A stretch of 64,000 bases of DNA from an uncultured virus (IMG/VR IMGVR_UViG_2897137741_000002) (IMGVR_UViG_2897137741_000002:1-64000), one strand, 5' to 3'; positions 13,989 to 24,916 are shown, numbered from the stretch's first letter. Numbers and translations are program-made. Notes: a model not told the origin generated them from the sequence alone.

Positions 13989-14415
13989 TTTCCCACCCCC
14001 TTTCATAGGGGATGAGCAAGACTCCCTTGAGTGAGCAAACTTAATGTACAGGAAATATTATACTATACATAAATGCCCTTGTCGTTAAATATTCTAATAA
14101 ATTAACAATATGAAAAGAACATGCTTATATTGCAGGTTCTTTTTTTTATTTCAAATTCTAAACAATTTATTTTGCCAATATTTCTAGAGTGGGTACTCCA
14201 TTTTCGGAGCCCGCTTTTATTTATTTCAAGCGAATAATGCAATCAGTAGGCCGACTGATTAAAAGAAATAGGGACTTTTTTAGCATGCCTTCCCCAAAAG
14301 GTTATTGCGGTATGACGAAAACTTACCGAAAACCACTTTTAAATTATTCCAAATATTGCAAATGTCTGTTATATTGTTTAATAATTCGAAACATTTTAGA
14401 AAAGAGGGGTTATAA

Positions 14416-15528
14416 ATGGGTACGATCGCACACGAGGTAGTAGCTAATACTCTGAATGAACTTCATGTTGCTATTAAGAAATGTGAGATAGATTTGGCAG
14501 AGCAACTTCTTAAAAAAGCTAAGGAATCCTTGAAGCATATGGAGGAAGACGATAAGGTTATCATTTATTATCAGCTTTTAGAGTCTAGGTACAAAATGAT
14601 GCTCTTCAAAAACAAAGGTAAGGGACTGCCTCCAAACGACTGGAAAGTGAAGAAGAAAGAGCTAGAGGGTTACGATATTGATAACTTGATTGACTACTAT
14701 TTTTACCTCTACGAAGCTGAGTACATGTCCTATACAAAGAATTATGAGCGAGCTATCAGTTTGCTAAAAATTGCGGAGAAGAAGCTCTCTAAAATTGAAA
14801 ACGATATTGAAGCAGCAGAGTTTTATATGAAAACGGCTTCTCTCTATGTGACACTACATCAAAGTGCAGTATCGTTAGGCTATATTAATGAGGCAATCAA
14901 TATATACAGTCAACATGAGGAGTATAAAAGACACCTTACAATCTGTTATGTTATTAAGGCAACGAATTATATGCATTTAGGGAAGTTTGAAGAATCAGAG
15001 GAATACTTTCTTACTGCAATCAAGACTGCGAAGGAACTTAAAGATGAGTTTTATGAGGCAATGCAATATCATAACATTAGTATTCTTTATTCGAATTTTG
15101 ATAAATCTCAAGAATGTATAAATGCAATTAAGAAGGCTGTTAGATGCAATGAATGGCGTGAATCTGTTTACTACATTAACTCCATTTATATGATTGTCCG
15201 AGAAAGATTTAAAATAGGCGACAGGGATAACGCCATGTATTATCTCAAGAAAGGGCAAGATGAGCTTAAGTTTAGAACGAATAAAATTTATGAAACCAAA
15301 ATAAATATTATTCATGACCTATATTGTAAAAGGGTAGATGAAAGCATTGACAAATGCAGGGAAAACGTACAATACTTAGAAGAGAAAGGTGACTTAGATG
15401 GAGTAAGTGACCTTTCCTTAGTTATCTCAAGGTATTATGAGAAGGGTGAGTATTACAAAGAGGCTTTGGAATTTGCTAATAAAGCAATCGAAGTCAAAGA
15501 GAATATGAGGAAACTGGAGGGAATTTGA
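14416..15528 (+). CDS. Rap-family TPR regulator (RapK-like)
   Basis: 370 aa; IAHEVVANTLNE N-terminus, DIEAAEFY, YHNISI TPR motifs. Confidence 0.92.
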   Translation: MGTIAHEVVANTLNELHVAIKKCEIDLAEQLLKKAKESLKHMEEDDKVIIYYQLLESRYKMMLFKNKGKGLPPNDWKVKKKELEGYDIDNLIDYYFYLYEAEYMSYTKNYERAISLLKIAEKKLSKIENDIEAAEFYMKTASLYVTLHQSAVSLGYINEAINIYSQHEEYKRHLTICYVIKATNYMHLGKFEESEEYFLTAIKTAKELKDEFYEAMQYHNISILYSNFDKSQECINAIKKAVRCNEWRESVYYINSIYMIVRERFKIGDRDNAMYYLKKGQDELKFRTNKIYETKINIIHDLYCKRVDESIDKCRENVQYLEEKGDLDGVSDLSLVISRYYEKGEYYKEALEFANKAIEVKENMRKLEGI

Positions 15529-15662
15529 TGAAGAAGTTTATCCTTGGCTCAGTCTTAGCGGTAACATTTTTTGGATTGTCTTTGGGATTTGGGCATCATG
15601 CTGAGAGCACCACAACAAATTCTGGCGGCATAAAGGTTGCAGAGCTTCCTGTTGGTATCTAA
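15528..15662 (+). CDS. Phr signalling pre-peptide (44 aa; mature ELPVG or ELPVGI)
   Basis: TGATG overlap with rap; MKKFILGSVLAVTFFGLSLGFGHHAESTTTNSGGIKVA|ELPVGI. Confidence 0.85.
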   Translation: MKKFILGSVLAVTFFGLSLGFGHHAESTTTNSGGIKVAELPVGI

Positions 15663-15905
15663 ATATAAAGAGGAGCGGTTTTACCGGTTCTTGCTGTCGA
15701 AATTTTTCGGCAGCCTTTATTTTTTGAAAAAACAATTTTATCAAGTGATCGTTTGGCTAACTCTAAAAGGGTAGTCTTTTTTTTTGAATTAGCTATATGG
15801 TGATTATGCAGAAAATAAATTCAATTTATTCTGGAAAGGGGAGAAATCAGGACTTTAGCCGATGTTTATAGATAGCTTCTTATTACATGGTTATGGCGAA
15901 TAATC

Positions 15906-15931
15906 AGCATCAAAAGAAGCTTTTTATCCAA
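15906..15931. repeat. 26-bp junction palindrome, degenerate copy 2
   Basis: AGCATCAAAA GAAGCT TTTTATCCAA. Confidence 0.5.
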
Positions 15932-16282
15932 AAAACATGACGTTAGGTCAATTTTCAAAAGACAGAAGGTTCCGTAAATCATTGCGGATTTTCTGTTTTT
16001 TTTCAATTTAGTCATAAACTATCATTTGGAAGTTAAGTTATTTAATGAAAGATAAGAGTGTGGTAGGGTTGCTTTAGGAGGTGATATGGTATTGAGGGTC
16101 TTCTGACTCATAACCTTGCAATAGCTTTTGGTCTAATCATTAGAGGGAGGAGGAGCACACTTAATTATTTTTTGGAACCGGATAAAACTAATCACTAGGT
16201 TGTTCTGCTATTTGAGAAGAAATTCGAAAAATGAAAAGGGTTTTTCAATAAAAAACAGAAGATATATAAGGAGTGTGTCTAT

Positions 16283-17014
16283 ATGAAAAAGCTTATTCTA
16301 TCATTAGTGTTAGCGATTGTATCTCTTGCAGGTTTTAATATGACAACTGCGCATGCAGCATCGTTAAATTCAGCTAAAGAGCTCACTAAGCAATTCGTTG
16401 CTCAACCTGATTCATGGGATAAATTTAACGATGACGAGAAACAAAAGATAATAGAGTTTACTAAAGAACCATCAAAGAAAATCGAACAAAACATCCAGAA
16501 TAAACTTAAAACAAAGAAAATCAAAATGGAATCAAAAGAAGCAAGCAGTCTTGTTGAAAGTTATGTTAAGACACTAAATGAAGATGATCAGTTAGCATAC
16601 GTTTCTTCCTTGATTCCTGTTACATTTGAGGAAAATAAAAACGATAAAGTTTTTCAACCTCAAAAAACTGGCAGTAATTGGTTTAGATATGCGATGGTGG
16701 GGAAAAATGTTTATGGAAAAAAGCAATTTGAATTTTGGACATACAACGAGTGGACTTACAATTGGGTTAAAATTTTATCAATAGCACCTAAAGAGGGACA
16801 TAAGATTTACTCAAGCGGGTGGTCTTATGTGAACAAAAATGTAGAATCACATTACGAAACCAATAAGTATGATTATTTTAGAAATATTGAAGGCCACTTC
16901 GAATTGAGACTGGTAAACAGGTGGCAAAAAGCAACTGTATTCTTAGATACAAAGATTCGTGCAAATGGAACTAAAAAGCATAGTGGAGACATTCAATGGA
17001 GCTGGACAAACTAA
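16283..17014 (+). CDS. secreted protein (signal peptide, helical region, aromatic beta-rich C-domain)
   Basis: Sec signal ending AHA-A; RBS AAGGAG; terminator at ~17031-17068. Confidence 0.85.
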   Translation: MKKLILSLVLAIVSLAGFNMTTAHAASLNSAKELTKQFVAQPDSWDKFNDDEKQKIIEFTKEPSKKIEQNIQNKLKTKKIKMESKEASSLVESYVKTLNEDDQLAYVSSLIPVTFEENKNDKVFQPQKTGSNWFRYAMVGKNVYGKKQFEFWTYNEWTYNWVKILSIAPKEGHKIYSSGWSYVNKNVESHYETNKYDYFRNIEGHFELRLVNRWQKATVFLDTKIRANGTKKHSGDIQWSWTN

Positions 17015-17092
17015 CTTTAAGGAATAATTTAAAAAGATGTTCATAAAGTTTTATGGACATCTTTTTTTGAAAAAGGGAGGTTGCAGAATATC

Positions 17093-17257
17093 ATGTTAAG
17101 CGTTTTAATTCCTAATTTGTTCATATTGGCTGTTATAGTTCTACTTCTATATTATATGTTTGCTTTGACAAAAGAGCATAAAATTAATCGTAAACAAAAC
17201 GAAGAAACCCAACATTTGCTTAAAGAAATATTGAAAGAAATCAAAAATAAAGATTGA
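17093..17257 (+). CDS. small single-TM membrane protein (54 aa)
   Basis: RBS AAGGGAGG; MLSVLIPNLFILAVIVLLLYYMFALTKEHKINRKQNEETQHLLKEILKEIKNKD. Confidence 0.7.
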   Translation: MLSVLIPNLFILAVIVLLLYYMFALTKEHKINRKQNEETQHLLKEILKEIKNKD

Positions 17258-17450
17258 AAAAATGATGCGAATTCAATTTCAATTATCATTCAGATTATCA
17301 ACTTTCTTTTTGAAAATAGGTCATTTTCTGAAGTTATTATCATAAGAAGAACTTGAATAAATATAGGTTCTAACTTTTGATAATAACTTTCGCACACTTC
17401 CATATACCTCATCAACTTAACCTTCATTTCTCACCTTCCAACATTTACAT

Positions 17451-17494
17451 CGAACCTTTGTTCTCTTTTATATTGAATATAGAACTTTTGTTCT
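17451..17494. promoter_or_regulatory. two LexA (DinR) SOS boxes
   Basis: CGAACCTTTGTTCT (17451-17464) and AGAACTTTTGTTCT (17481-17494) upstream of yolD-uvrX. Confidence 0.8.
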
Positions 17495-17527
17495 GTTAAT
17501 ATTAGATCAGTAAAGGAGCGGATCTAA

Positions 17528-17860
17528 TTGCTTAGGGATCGGGGAACAATCAAATGGACATCAATGATGCTTCCAGAACATTTGACACAGCTTAAACAAG
17601 ATTTGGTTGATGTATCAAAAATTGAAAAGCCATCCTTGGATGATCAACAAATTGAAGAGATGGATCTTCTCGTCTCTGAGGCACTTGAATTTAATAAAGA
17701 GTTGAAATTTAAGCTTTTTCACAATGGATTCGTTGAAAATGTCACCGGCAGAGTTCATTACATTAATTTTGAACAACAAAAGCTTCACGTAAAAGACCAG
17801 AACGACAATACAGTTTATATCAACATGAATAACATCATAGGAGTTACATACAATGATTGA
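17528..17860 (+). CDS. yolD: YolD-like protein
   Basis: RDRGTIKWTSMMLPEH signature; 110 aa; overlaps uvrX. Confidence 0.92.
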   Translation: MLRDRGTIKWTSMMLPEHLTQLKQDLVDVSKIEKPSLDDQQIEEMDLLVSEALEFNKELKFKLFHNGFVENVTGRVHYINFEQQKLHVKDQNDNTVYINMNNIIGVTYND

Positions 17861-19103
17861 TTACTCACAATTTCCACGTAAGAATATACTTTGTGTCGAT
17901 ATGAAATCCTTTTATGCTTCTGTATCGGCTGTAGCAATGGGGCTTAATCCTTTAACATGCTATCTTGCTGTTGTAGGAAATACGGAGAGACAGGGAAGTG
18001 TAGTATTAGCTGCATCTCCTGCACTTAAAAAAGATTTTAGAATCAAAACAGGATCGAGACTTTTTGAGATACCTGAAGATCCAAGAATACACATTGTAAA
18101 TCCACAAATGAAGCTTTTCATCAGAGTTTCAACTGAGATTACAAAACTGTTTTACAGATTTGTTCCTGAAAAGTGTGTCCATACGTATTCAATTGATGAA
18201 TCTTTTTTAGATGCAGGAAAAGAAGATCCTGAAGAAATGGCCAAGGTAATCCAAAGCAGCATGTGGAGAGAATTTGGTCTGATGTGCACAGTGGGCATTG
18301 GAGATAATATGTTGCTCAGTAAGCTTGCACTTGACCTAGAGAGTAAGAAAACAAAAAGTGGGATTGCACGTTGGAGATATGAAGATGTGCCAAATAAACT
18401 CTGGAATGTTCATCCGTTGTCTAAAATGTGGGGAATAGGAGGGAGGATGGAAAGAAATCTAAATCGAATGGGGATATCAACTGTAGGTCAGTTAGCTAAT
18501 TTTCCTTTAGATCTGCTTGAAAAGAAGTTCGGAATAATGGGAAACCAGTTGTATTATCATGCACATGGAATTGATTTATCTGAAATAGGTGCTCCGTTGA
18601 TGCAGGGGCAGATTAGTTTCGGTAAGAGTCAGATTTTACTGAGGGATTATACAAGGAGAGAAGAGATTAAGGCTGTTCTTCTGGAAATTTGTGAAGAAGT
18701 CGCAAGAAGGGCACGTACACATAACAAAGCTGGTCGAACAATAAGCCTGGGAATTGGCTACAGTAAAGATGAGCTTGGCGGTGGGTTTCATCGATCCAAA
18801 ACAATTGATCTTCCCACAAATATCACGATGGATATTTATAAATGCTGCTTGATGCTCTTTAATAAGTTTTACTCGGGGAAAACAGTGAGAAGTATCTCAG
18901 TTACGTTATCAAATATAGAGGATGATGTTAATCAGCAGCTGAGTTTATTTGAAGTGGATAATGAAAAGAGAAGGAAACTCGGTTTTGTAATGGATGGGAT
19001 TAGAAGTAAATACGGCTCTAAAGCGATTCTGAGAGCAGTTTCTTATACACCAGCAGGAACTGCACTTCAACGAGCTGGATTAACAGGTGGGCATAAGAGT
19101 TAA
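17853..19103 (+). CDS. uvrX: Y-family DNA polymerase UvrX
   Basis: VDMKSFYAS and YSIDE motifs; 416 aa. Confidence 0.95.
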   Translation: MIDYSQFPRKNILCVDMKSFYASVSAVAMGLNPLTCYLAVVGNTERQGSVVLAASPALKKDFRIKTGSRLFEIPEDPRIHIVNPQMKLFIRVSTEITKLFYRFVPEKCVHTYSIDESFLDAGKEDPEEMAKVIQSSMWREFGLMCTVGIGDNMLLSKLALDLESKKTKSGIARWRYEDVPNKLWNVHPLSKMWGIGGRMERNLNRMGISTVGQLANFPLDLLEKKFGIMGNQLYYHAHGIDLSEIGAPLMQGQISFGKSQILLRDYTRREEIKAVLLEICEEVARRARTHNKAGRTISLGIGYSKDELGGGFHRSKTIDLPTNITMDIYKCCLMLFNKFYSGKTVRSISVTLSNIEDDVNQQLSLFEVDNEKRRKLGFVMDGIRSKYGSKAILRAVSYTPAGTALQRAGLTGGHKS

Positions 19104-19204
19104 GATAAATTTAAACTTATATAACACATCGCTTTAAGTTTTTTTGTTTTAAAAACTTAAAAAACATGGTAAAATTATATAAAAACATAAGAGAGAGTGA
19201 TTAT

Positions 19205-19522
19205 ATGGAATATGTAGTTATGATAATCATTTTATTAGCACTTTTCTTTATTTTTACTGTTTTCCTAAATACACGTTATAGTTTTGATGAAAAATGCTTA
19301 GTCTTAAAATTTGGTTTATCTAAAACAGAAATTCCAATTAATCAAATAGTTAGTATTAAAGAGTCAGACAAGTATGGAGTTGCAGATAATATCGATTATA
19401 AAATTGGTATGCCATATGCTCAACCAGATAGAATTGTTATTGAAACTACAAATAAGCGTTTTCTAGTTTTTTTAAATGGAGCTCAACAATTTATTCAAAA
19501 GTATAAAAGGGTTAGTGTTTGA
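19205..19522 (+). CDS. sunI: sublancin immunity protein
   Basis: 105 aa, N-terminal TM segment; upstream of sunA. Confidence 0.92.
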
Positions 19523-19526
19523 ACAT

Positions 19527-19563
19527 AAAAAAAGTACCTTCTTACAATAGAAGGTACTTTTTT
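19527..19563. terminator. intrinsic terminator after sunI
   Basis: A-tract GTACCTTCT...AGAAGGTAC T-tract. Confidence 0.8.
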
Positions 19564-19817
19564 GTATCTATAATTATTAAAAATTTACCTAAATTTTTAA
19601 CATTATTAATTCAAAATAAATCCATAATAGTCAATTTTGTTTAGTGCATTACAACCAATTCTGTTTATTGATAGGTAATAAAGGTTTTTTTCTATGATTT
19701 ATGAACAAGTTTCCTTATAATTTTCAAAAAAAATAAAAAATATGGTTGAATTTAGATTTATCTTCCTTTATATTAAAAATGTAATCCGGATTGCAAACAA
19801 ATGGGGAGGTTTTACAA

Positions 19818-19988
19818 GTGGAAAAGCTATTTAAAGAAGTTAAACTAGAGGAACTCGAAAACCAAAAAGGTAGTGGATTAGGAAAAGCTCAGTGTGCTGC
19901 GTTGTGGCTACAATGTGCTAGTGGCGGTACAATTGGTTGTGGTGGCGGAGCTGTTGCTTGTCAAAACTATCGTCAATTCTGCAGATAA
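19818..19988 (+). CDS. sunA: sublancin (S-linked glycocin) precursor, GTG start
   Basis: leader ending GS, core [37 protein letters not shown]. Confidence 0.97.
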
Positions 19989-20045
19989 AACATTTGTAGA
20001 GGGAATATTTTAAATATTCCCTCATATTTAAAGCGGGGATTGAAA

Positions 20046-22163
20046 TTGAATAAGAAAAAGAAATATGTTCATACTAAACAGTTTAATAGTCATGATTGTG
20101 GACTAGCTTGTATCTCGTCAGTTTTAAAGTTTCATAACCTTAACTATGGAATTGATTTCTTACTAGACCTAATTGGGGATAAGGAAGGCTATAGTTTAAG
20201 AGACTTAATTGTTATTTTTAAGAAGATGGGGATAAAAACTAGGCCACTTGAATTGCAAGAAAATAAGACATTCGAAGCCCTAAAACAAATAAAGCTCCCT
20301 TGTATAGCTTTGTTAGAAGGGGAGGAATATGGACATTACATAACAATATACGAAATTAGAAATAACTATTTACTTGTTAGTGATCCTGATAAAGACAAAA
20401 TAACTAAAATAAAAAAAGAGGATTTTGAGAGTGAATTCACAAACTTTATATTAGAAATTGACAAAGAGTCAATTCCTGAAAAAGAAAAAGATCAAAAAAA
20501 ACATTCTTACTTTTTTAAGGACATACTTTTTAGAAATAAATTAATCGTTTTTGTGATTTTATTGACTTCCTTGTTCGTTGTAGCTCTTGCTGTAGCTGGG
20601 TCGTTTTATATAAAGTTTCTAGTTGACCTAATTATCCCAAGAAGCTTAAGAGAATCTTTAATCACAATCACTTTAATATTCATAAGTATGGTCTTAATAA
20701 GGTGCATCTTCGATTTTGTAAGATCATATTTGATAATAAAATTGTCTTACAAAGTTGATAAAGAGATGTCAAATGTTTATTTTAATAAAGTAACAAAATT
20801 ACCTATTAATTTTTTTGAAAACAGAGAAGATGGAGAGGTAATTTCTCGATTCAATGATGGTATATATATTAAAGACTTTTTTAGTGCTAACTTTGTTACT
20901 GCAATAATTGATATAATTTTAATACTGGGATTAGGAGTTATTTTATATAGAACAAATAACATTCTTTTCTTAACAATTATTCTCCCGATTTTGCTACTTT
21001 CATGTCTAGCGATTTTGTTTTTTGATCATCTTAAAAAGAAAAATCAAAAACTGATGGAGGATAAGGCTAAATCTACCTCTCTTTTAATTAATTTTCTAAA
21101 GAATATGACAACTGTTTATTCTTTAAATAAAACCTCGTTTTTTTTAGAAAAATTTCATCTTACATATGATAAACAATTAAATTCAACCTTTAGTGTAGCA
21201 AAGGCAGTTATTAGCAATGAAATACTAAAAGGATTAATTCAAAACTCTTTTTCAATAATTATCCTATGGGTTGGGACAAGACAAGTTCTAAATGATTCAA
21301 TGAGTTTGGGTACACTGCTATTTATAAACACATTAGCAGCCTTTTTGCTAAGTTCACTAGATCGTATATTGAGTATGCAATCAGATCTTCAGCAGGCACA
21401 TGTTGCTTCCATAAGATTTTTTGACGTAGTAAACTATCCAGTTCAGCAAGATAGCTATGAGAATTTAACTGAACTTGATTTTATTCAGAATATCAAAACA
21501 GTTAATCTTAATATTGGGGCAGACCCAATGCGTTATATAGTTGAAGATATTAATTTAATATTAGACAGAAAGGATAAAGTCCTTATTATTGGAGAAAGTG
21601 GTACTGGAAAAAGTACGTTTGCAAAAAGTTTGTCTAAATTGTATAAAGTACCCGATAAGTCAATTTATTTAAATGGATTAGATATTAATCGATACGATCA
21701 TTTATCAATAAGAAAAAGGATTGTATATATTGACGAAAATCCTTTTCTTTTTAAGGGAACTATTAAAGAGAATCTTTGCATGGGAGAGAATTTTGATCAG
21801 AACGAAATTGAAAACGCGTGTATAATGTCCCAATGTCATGAATTCATTTGTAACTTGGACAAGCAGTACAGTTATAAATTGTCTGAAAACGGTTCCAATC
21901 TATCTACAGGACAAAAACAACGGTTAGCATTAGCAAGAGCAATTTTACATCAACCACAAGTATTAATTTTAGATGAGTCATTATCTAACATTGATCCGGA
22001 TAACACAAAATTGATTTATGAAACCTTACACAGGATGGATTGTTTAATTATTCTTATAACTCATAATGACCCAAGTAACTTCAAATACAATAAAAAATTA
22101 GTATTCAGAAACAATAGGATTATAGAGTCGAGCTACTCGGAAAATAAGGAGTATTCTATATGA
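20046..22163 (+). CDS. sunT: peptidase C39/ABC exporter
   Basis: HDCGLAC, GESGTGKS, LSTGQKQR motifs. Confidence 0.96.
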   Translation: MNKKKKYVHTKQFNSHDCGLACISSVLKFHNLNYGIDFLLDLIGDKEGYSLRDLIVIFKKMGIKTRPLELQENKTFEALKQIKLPCIALLEGEEYGHYITIYEIRNNYLLVSDPDKDKITKIKKEDFESEFTNFILEIDKESIPEKEKDQKKHSYFFKDILFRNKLIVFVILLTSLFVVALAVAGSFYIKFLVDLIIPRSLRESLITITLIFISMVLIRCIFDFVRSYLIIKLSYKVDKEMSNVYFNKVTKLPINFFENREDGEVISRFNDGIYIKDFFSANFVTAIIDIILILGLGVILYRTNNILFLTIILPILLLSCLAILFFDHLKKKNQKLMEDKAKSTSLLINFLKNMTTVYSLNKTSFFLEKFHLTYDKQLNSTFSVAKAVISNEILKGLIQNSFSIIILWVGTRQVLNDSMSLGTLLFINTLAAFLLSSLDRILSMQSDLQQAHVASIRFFDVVNYPVQQDSYENLTELDFIQNIKTVNLNIGADPMRYIVEDINLILDRKDKVLIIGESGTGKSTFAKSLSKLYKVPDKSIYLNGLDINRYDHLSIRKRIVYIDENPFLFKGTIKENLCMGENFDQNEIENACIMSQCHEFICNLDKQYSYKLSENGSNLSTGQKQRLALARAILHQPQVLILDESLSNIDPDNTKLIYETLHRMDCLIILITHNDPSNFKYNKKLVFRNNRIIESSYSENKEYSI

Positions 22164-22573
22164 AAAAGTGGATTGTTTTATTTCTTGTTTTAATAGCAGC
22201 AGCCATTAGTATTTTCGTTTATGTTTCTACAGGTAGCGAAAAACCTTTTTATAATGATATAAATTTAACTCAATATCAAAAAGAAGTAGACTCTAAAAAA
22301 CCTAAATTTATTTATGTTTATGAGACAAGTTGTCCTCCTTGTCAAGAAATAAAACCTGAGTTAAATGAAGTAATTAAAAAAGAAAAGTTAAAAGTACAGG
22401 CTTTAAATATCGAAGAAAAGGAAAATTATAACACTGAATTTTTAGATAAATATAATTTGAATAAAACTCCAACGATTCTCTATTACAAAGATGGCAAAGA
22501 AAAAGATCGGTTAGAGGGCTATAGAAGTGCAAGTCAAATAGAAAAGTTCTTTGATAAAAATGGTGATAGATAA
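22160..22573 (+). CDS. bdbA: thiol-disulfide oxidoreductase
   Basis: CPPC thioredoxin motif; 137 aa. Confidence 0.93.
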   Translation: MKKWIVLFLVLIAAAISIFVYVSTGSEKPFYNDINLTQYQKEVDSKKPKFIYVYETSCPPCQEIKPELNEVIKKEKLKVQALNIEEKENYNTEFLDKYNLNKTPTILYYKDGKEKDRLEGYRSASQIEKFFDKNGDR

Positions 22574-23841
22574 TGAAACTGAGTGATATTTATTTGGAAT
22601 TAAAGAAAGGCTATGCCGATTCTTTATTGTATTCAGATTTGTCATTGTTGGTTAATATAATGGAATATGAAAAAGATATTGATGTGATGTCAATTCAATC
22701 TTTGGTTGCAGGTTATGAAAAATCAGATACTCCTACAATAACATGCGGTATTATAGTTTATAACGAAAGCAAGAGAATTAAAAAGTGTTTAAATAGTGTT
22801 AAAGATGATTTTAACGAGATTATTGTTCTAGATTCATACTCCACTGATGATACCGTTGATATTATTAAATGTGATTTTCCTGATGTTGAAATTAAATATG
22901 AAAAGTGGAAGAATGATTTTTCCTATGCTAGAAATAAAATTATAGAGTATGCTACTTCCGAATGGATTTATTTTATTGATGCAGATAATTTATACTCTAA
23001 AGAAAACAAAGGGAAAATAGCTAAAGTAGCTAGAGTTTTAGAGTTTTTTTCTATTGATTGTGTAGTTAGTCCATATATAGAAGAATATACTGGACATCTA
23101 TATTCTGATACACGAAGAATGTTTCGGCTCAATGGTAAAGTTAAATTTCATGGGAAAGTGCATGAAGAACCTATGAATTATAATCATAGTCTACCTTTTA
23201 ATTTCATTGTGAACCTTAAGGTTTACCATAATGGATATAATCCTTCAGAGAATAATATAAAATCAAAAACACGAAGGAATATAAATCTCACAGAAGAAAT
23301 GTTAAGATTGGAACCAGAAAACCCAAAATGGTTATTCTTTTTCGGCAGAGAACTACATTTACTTGATAACGATGAAGAAGCAATTGATTATCTGAAAAAA
23401 TCAATAAACAACTATAAAAAATTTAATGATCAAAGACATTTTATAGATGCTTTAGTGCTATTATGTACTTTATTATTGCAGAGAAATAATTATGTTGACT
23501 TAACTTTATATTTGGATATATTGGAAACTGAATATCCAAGATGTGTTGATGTTGATTACTTTAGATCTGCAATTTTGTTAGTAGATATGCAAAATAAACT
23601 TACTTCTTTAAGCAATATGATTGATGAAGCTCTTACAGACGAGAGATACAGTGCTATAAATACAACAAAAGATCACTTTAAAAGAATTTTAATAAGCCTT
23701 AATATTCAACTCGAAAATTGGGAAAGAGTAAAAGAAATATCAGAGGAAATTAAAAATGATAATATGAAAAAAGAAATTAAACAATATCTTGCCAACTCAC
23801 TCCACAATATTGAACACGTCCTGAAAGGAATTGAAGTATGA
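22573..23841 (+). CDS. sunS: sublancin S-glycosyltransferase (GT2)
   Basis: DSYSTD, FIDAD, VHE motifs; 422 aa. Confidence 0.95.
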
Positions 23842-24284
23842 ATACAAGATATGTAAAATCATTTTTTTTATTACTGTTTTTTCTCTCTTTCTTTGGCACA
23901 ATGGCTAGTTTATTCTACAGTGAGATCATGCATTTCAAACCATGTGTTCTATGTTGGTATCAAAGAATATTTCTATATCCTATACCTATTATCTTACTAA
24001 TAGGCTTATTAAAAAAAGATCTTAATTCGATATTTTATGTTGTTTTCCTTTCATCAATTGGATTGATTATTGCGTTTTATCATTATATTATCCAACTTAC
24101 ACAAAGCAAAAGTGTCGTATGTGAAATTGGAACCAACAGCTGCGCAAAAATTGAAGTAGAGTATCTAGGCTTTATTACATTACCCTTAATGAGTTCAGTA
24201 TGTTTTGCATTGATATTTGGTATAGGACTGAAATTAATTATCAAAAGCAAGAAATTAAAACAAAATCAACATGTATATAATTGA
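23838..24284 (+). CDS. bdbB: DsbB-like disulfide oxidoreductase
   Basis: PCVLCWYQR motif; 148 aa. Confidence 0.93.
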
Positions 24285-24341
24285 AAAAGAAGTAACCCGC
24301 CTTGTAAGAGGGAGGGTTACACAGGTAATCCGAAAAAAAAG

Positions 24342-24608
24342 CTATTTAAACAAGTTCTCTTTTTTTAGAACTTGTTTTTGTTTTTTTCCTTTTGCAGTTA
24401 TGTAATTGTTTTTGAACCATGCTGCGGTAGTAGTACTGGTTGTGAAGACGATAGTGAAAATTGTATATAAACAATCATATAAATGATTTATGTCCTCTTC
24501 GTTAATGATGAATGCTGCTTTACCCAGCATCACCATTATTTGATTGAGTAAAGCTATTGCGAGCAAAAGAGTCCTAACAATTGTGCCTTTATCAATATTC
24601 TCAAACAT
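24342..24608 (-). CDS. bhlB: SPP1-type holin
   Basis: 88 aa; DKGTIVRT...WFKNNYIT. Confidence 0.9.
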   Translation of the reverse strand: MFENIDKGTIVRTLLLAIALLNQIMVMLGKAAFIINEEDINHLYDCLYTIFTIVFTTSTTTAAWFKNNYITAKGKKQKQVLKKENLFK

Positions 24609-24618
24609 TGAATTCCTC

Positions 24619-24831
24619 CTACTTAAAATTTTGTTCGATTTTATCCAGCTTTTCAATTACAACATCGTACTTTTCACTGAATTTACCCAGTACTTCGTTT
24701 TGAGAATCGATTTGATTATAAAGTTTCGACTCTCTTTCCTTACTAGTTTTCATTACGTAGAAAAGTAGCCAACAAAATAAAACAGCAAATGGCCCCTGGG
24801 TACTTAAATATTGTGTTATATCCATTTCCAT
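24619..24831 (-). CDS. bhlA: BhlA/UviB holin-like protein
   Basis: 70 aa; QGPFAVLFCWLL...KERE. Confidence 0.92.
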   Translation of the reverse strand: MEMDITQYLSTQGPFAVLFCWLLFYVMKTSKERESKLYNQIDSQNEVLGKFSEKYDVVIEKLDKIEQNFK

Positions 24832-24916
24832 AAAATGTTCACCACCTTAGTACCATAGAAAAGGATATTTACTGAAACATATTGAAATAAACATCCTCCG
24901 AGAAAATTGAATATAA

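Noticed and set aside
14189..14440. 83-aa ORF upstream of rap
   Set aside because: No RBS; overlaps the rap promoter region and start.
15720..15745. Additional 26-bp palindrome copy
   Set aside because: Left arm too degenerate and overlaps a terminator T-tract.
17290..17427. 45-aa minus-strand ORF with RBS divergent from yolD
   Set aside because: No recognisable motif; possibly a remnant, with insufficient support.
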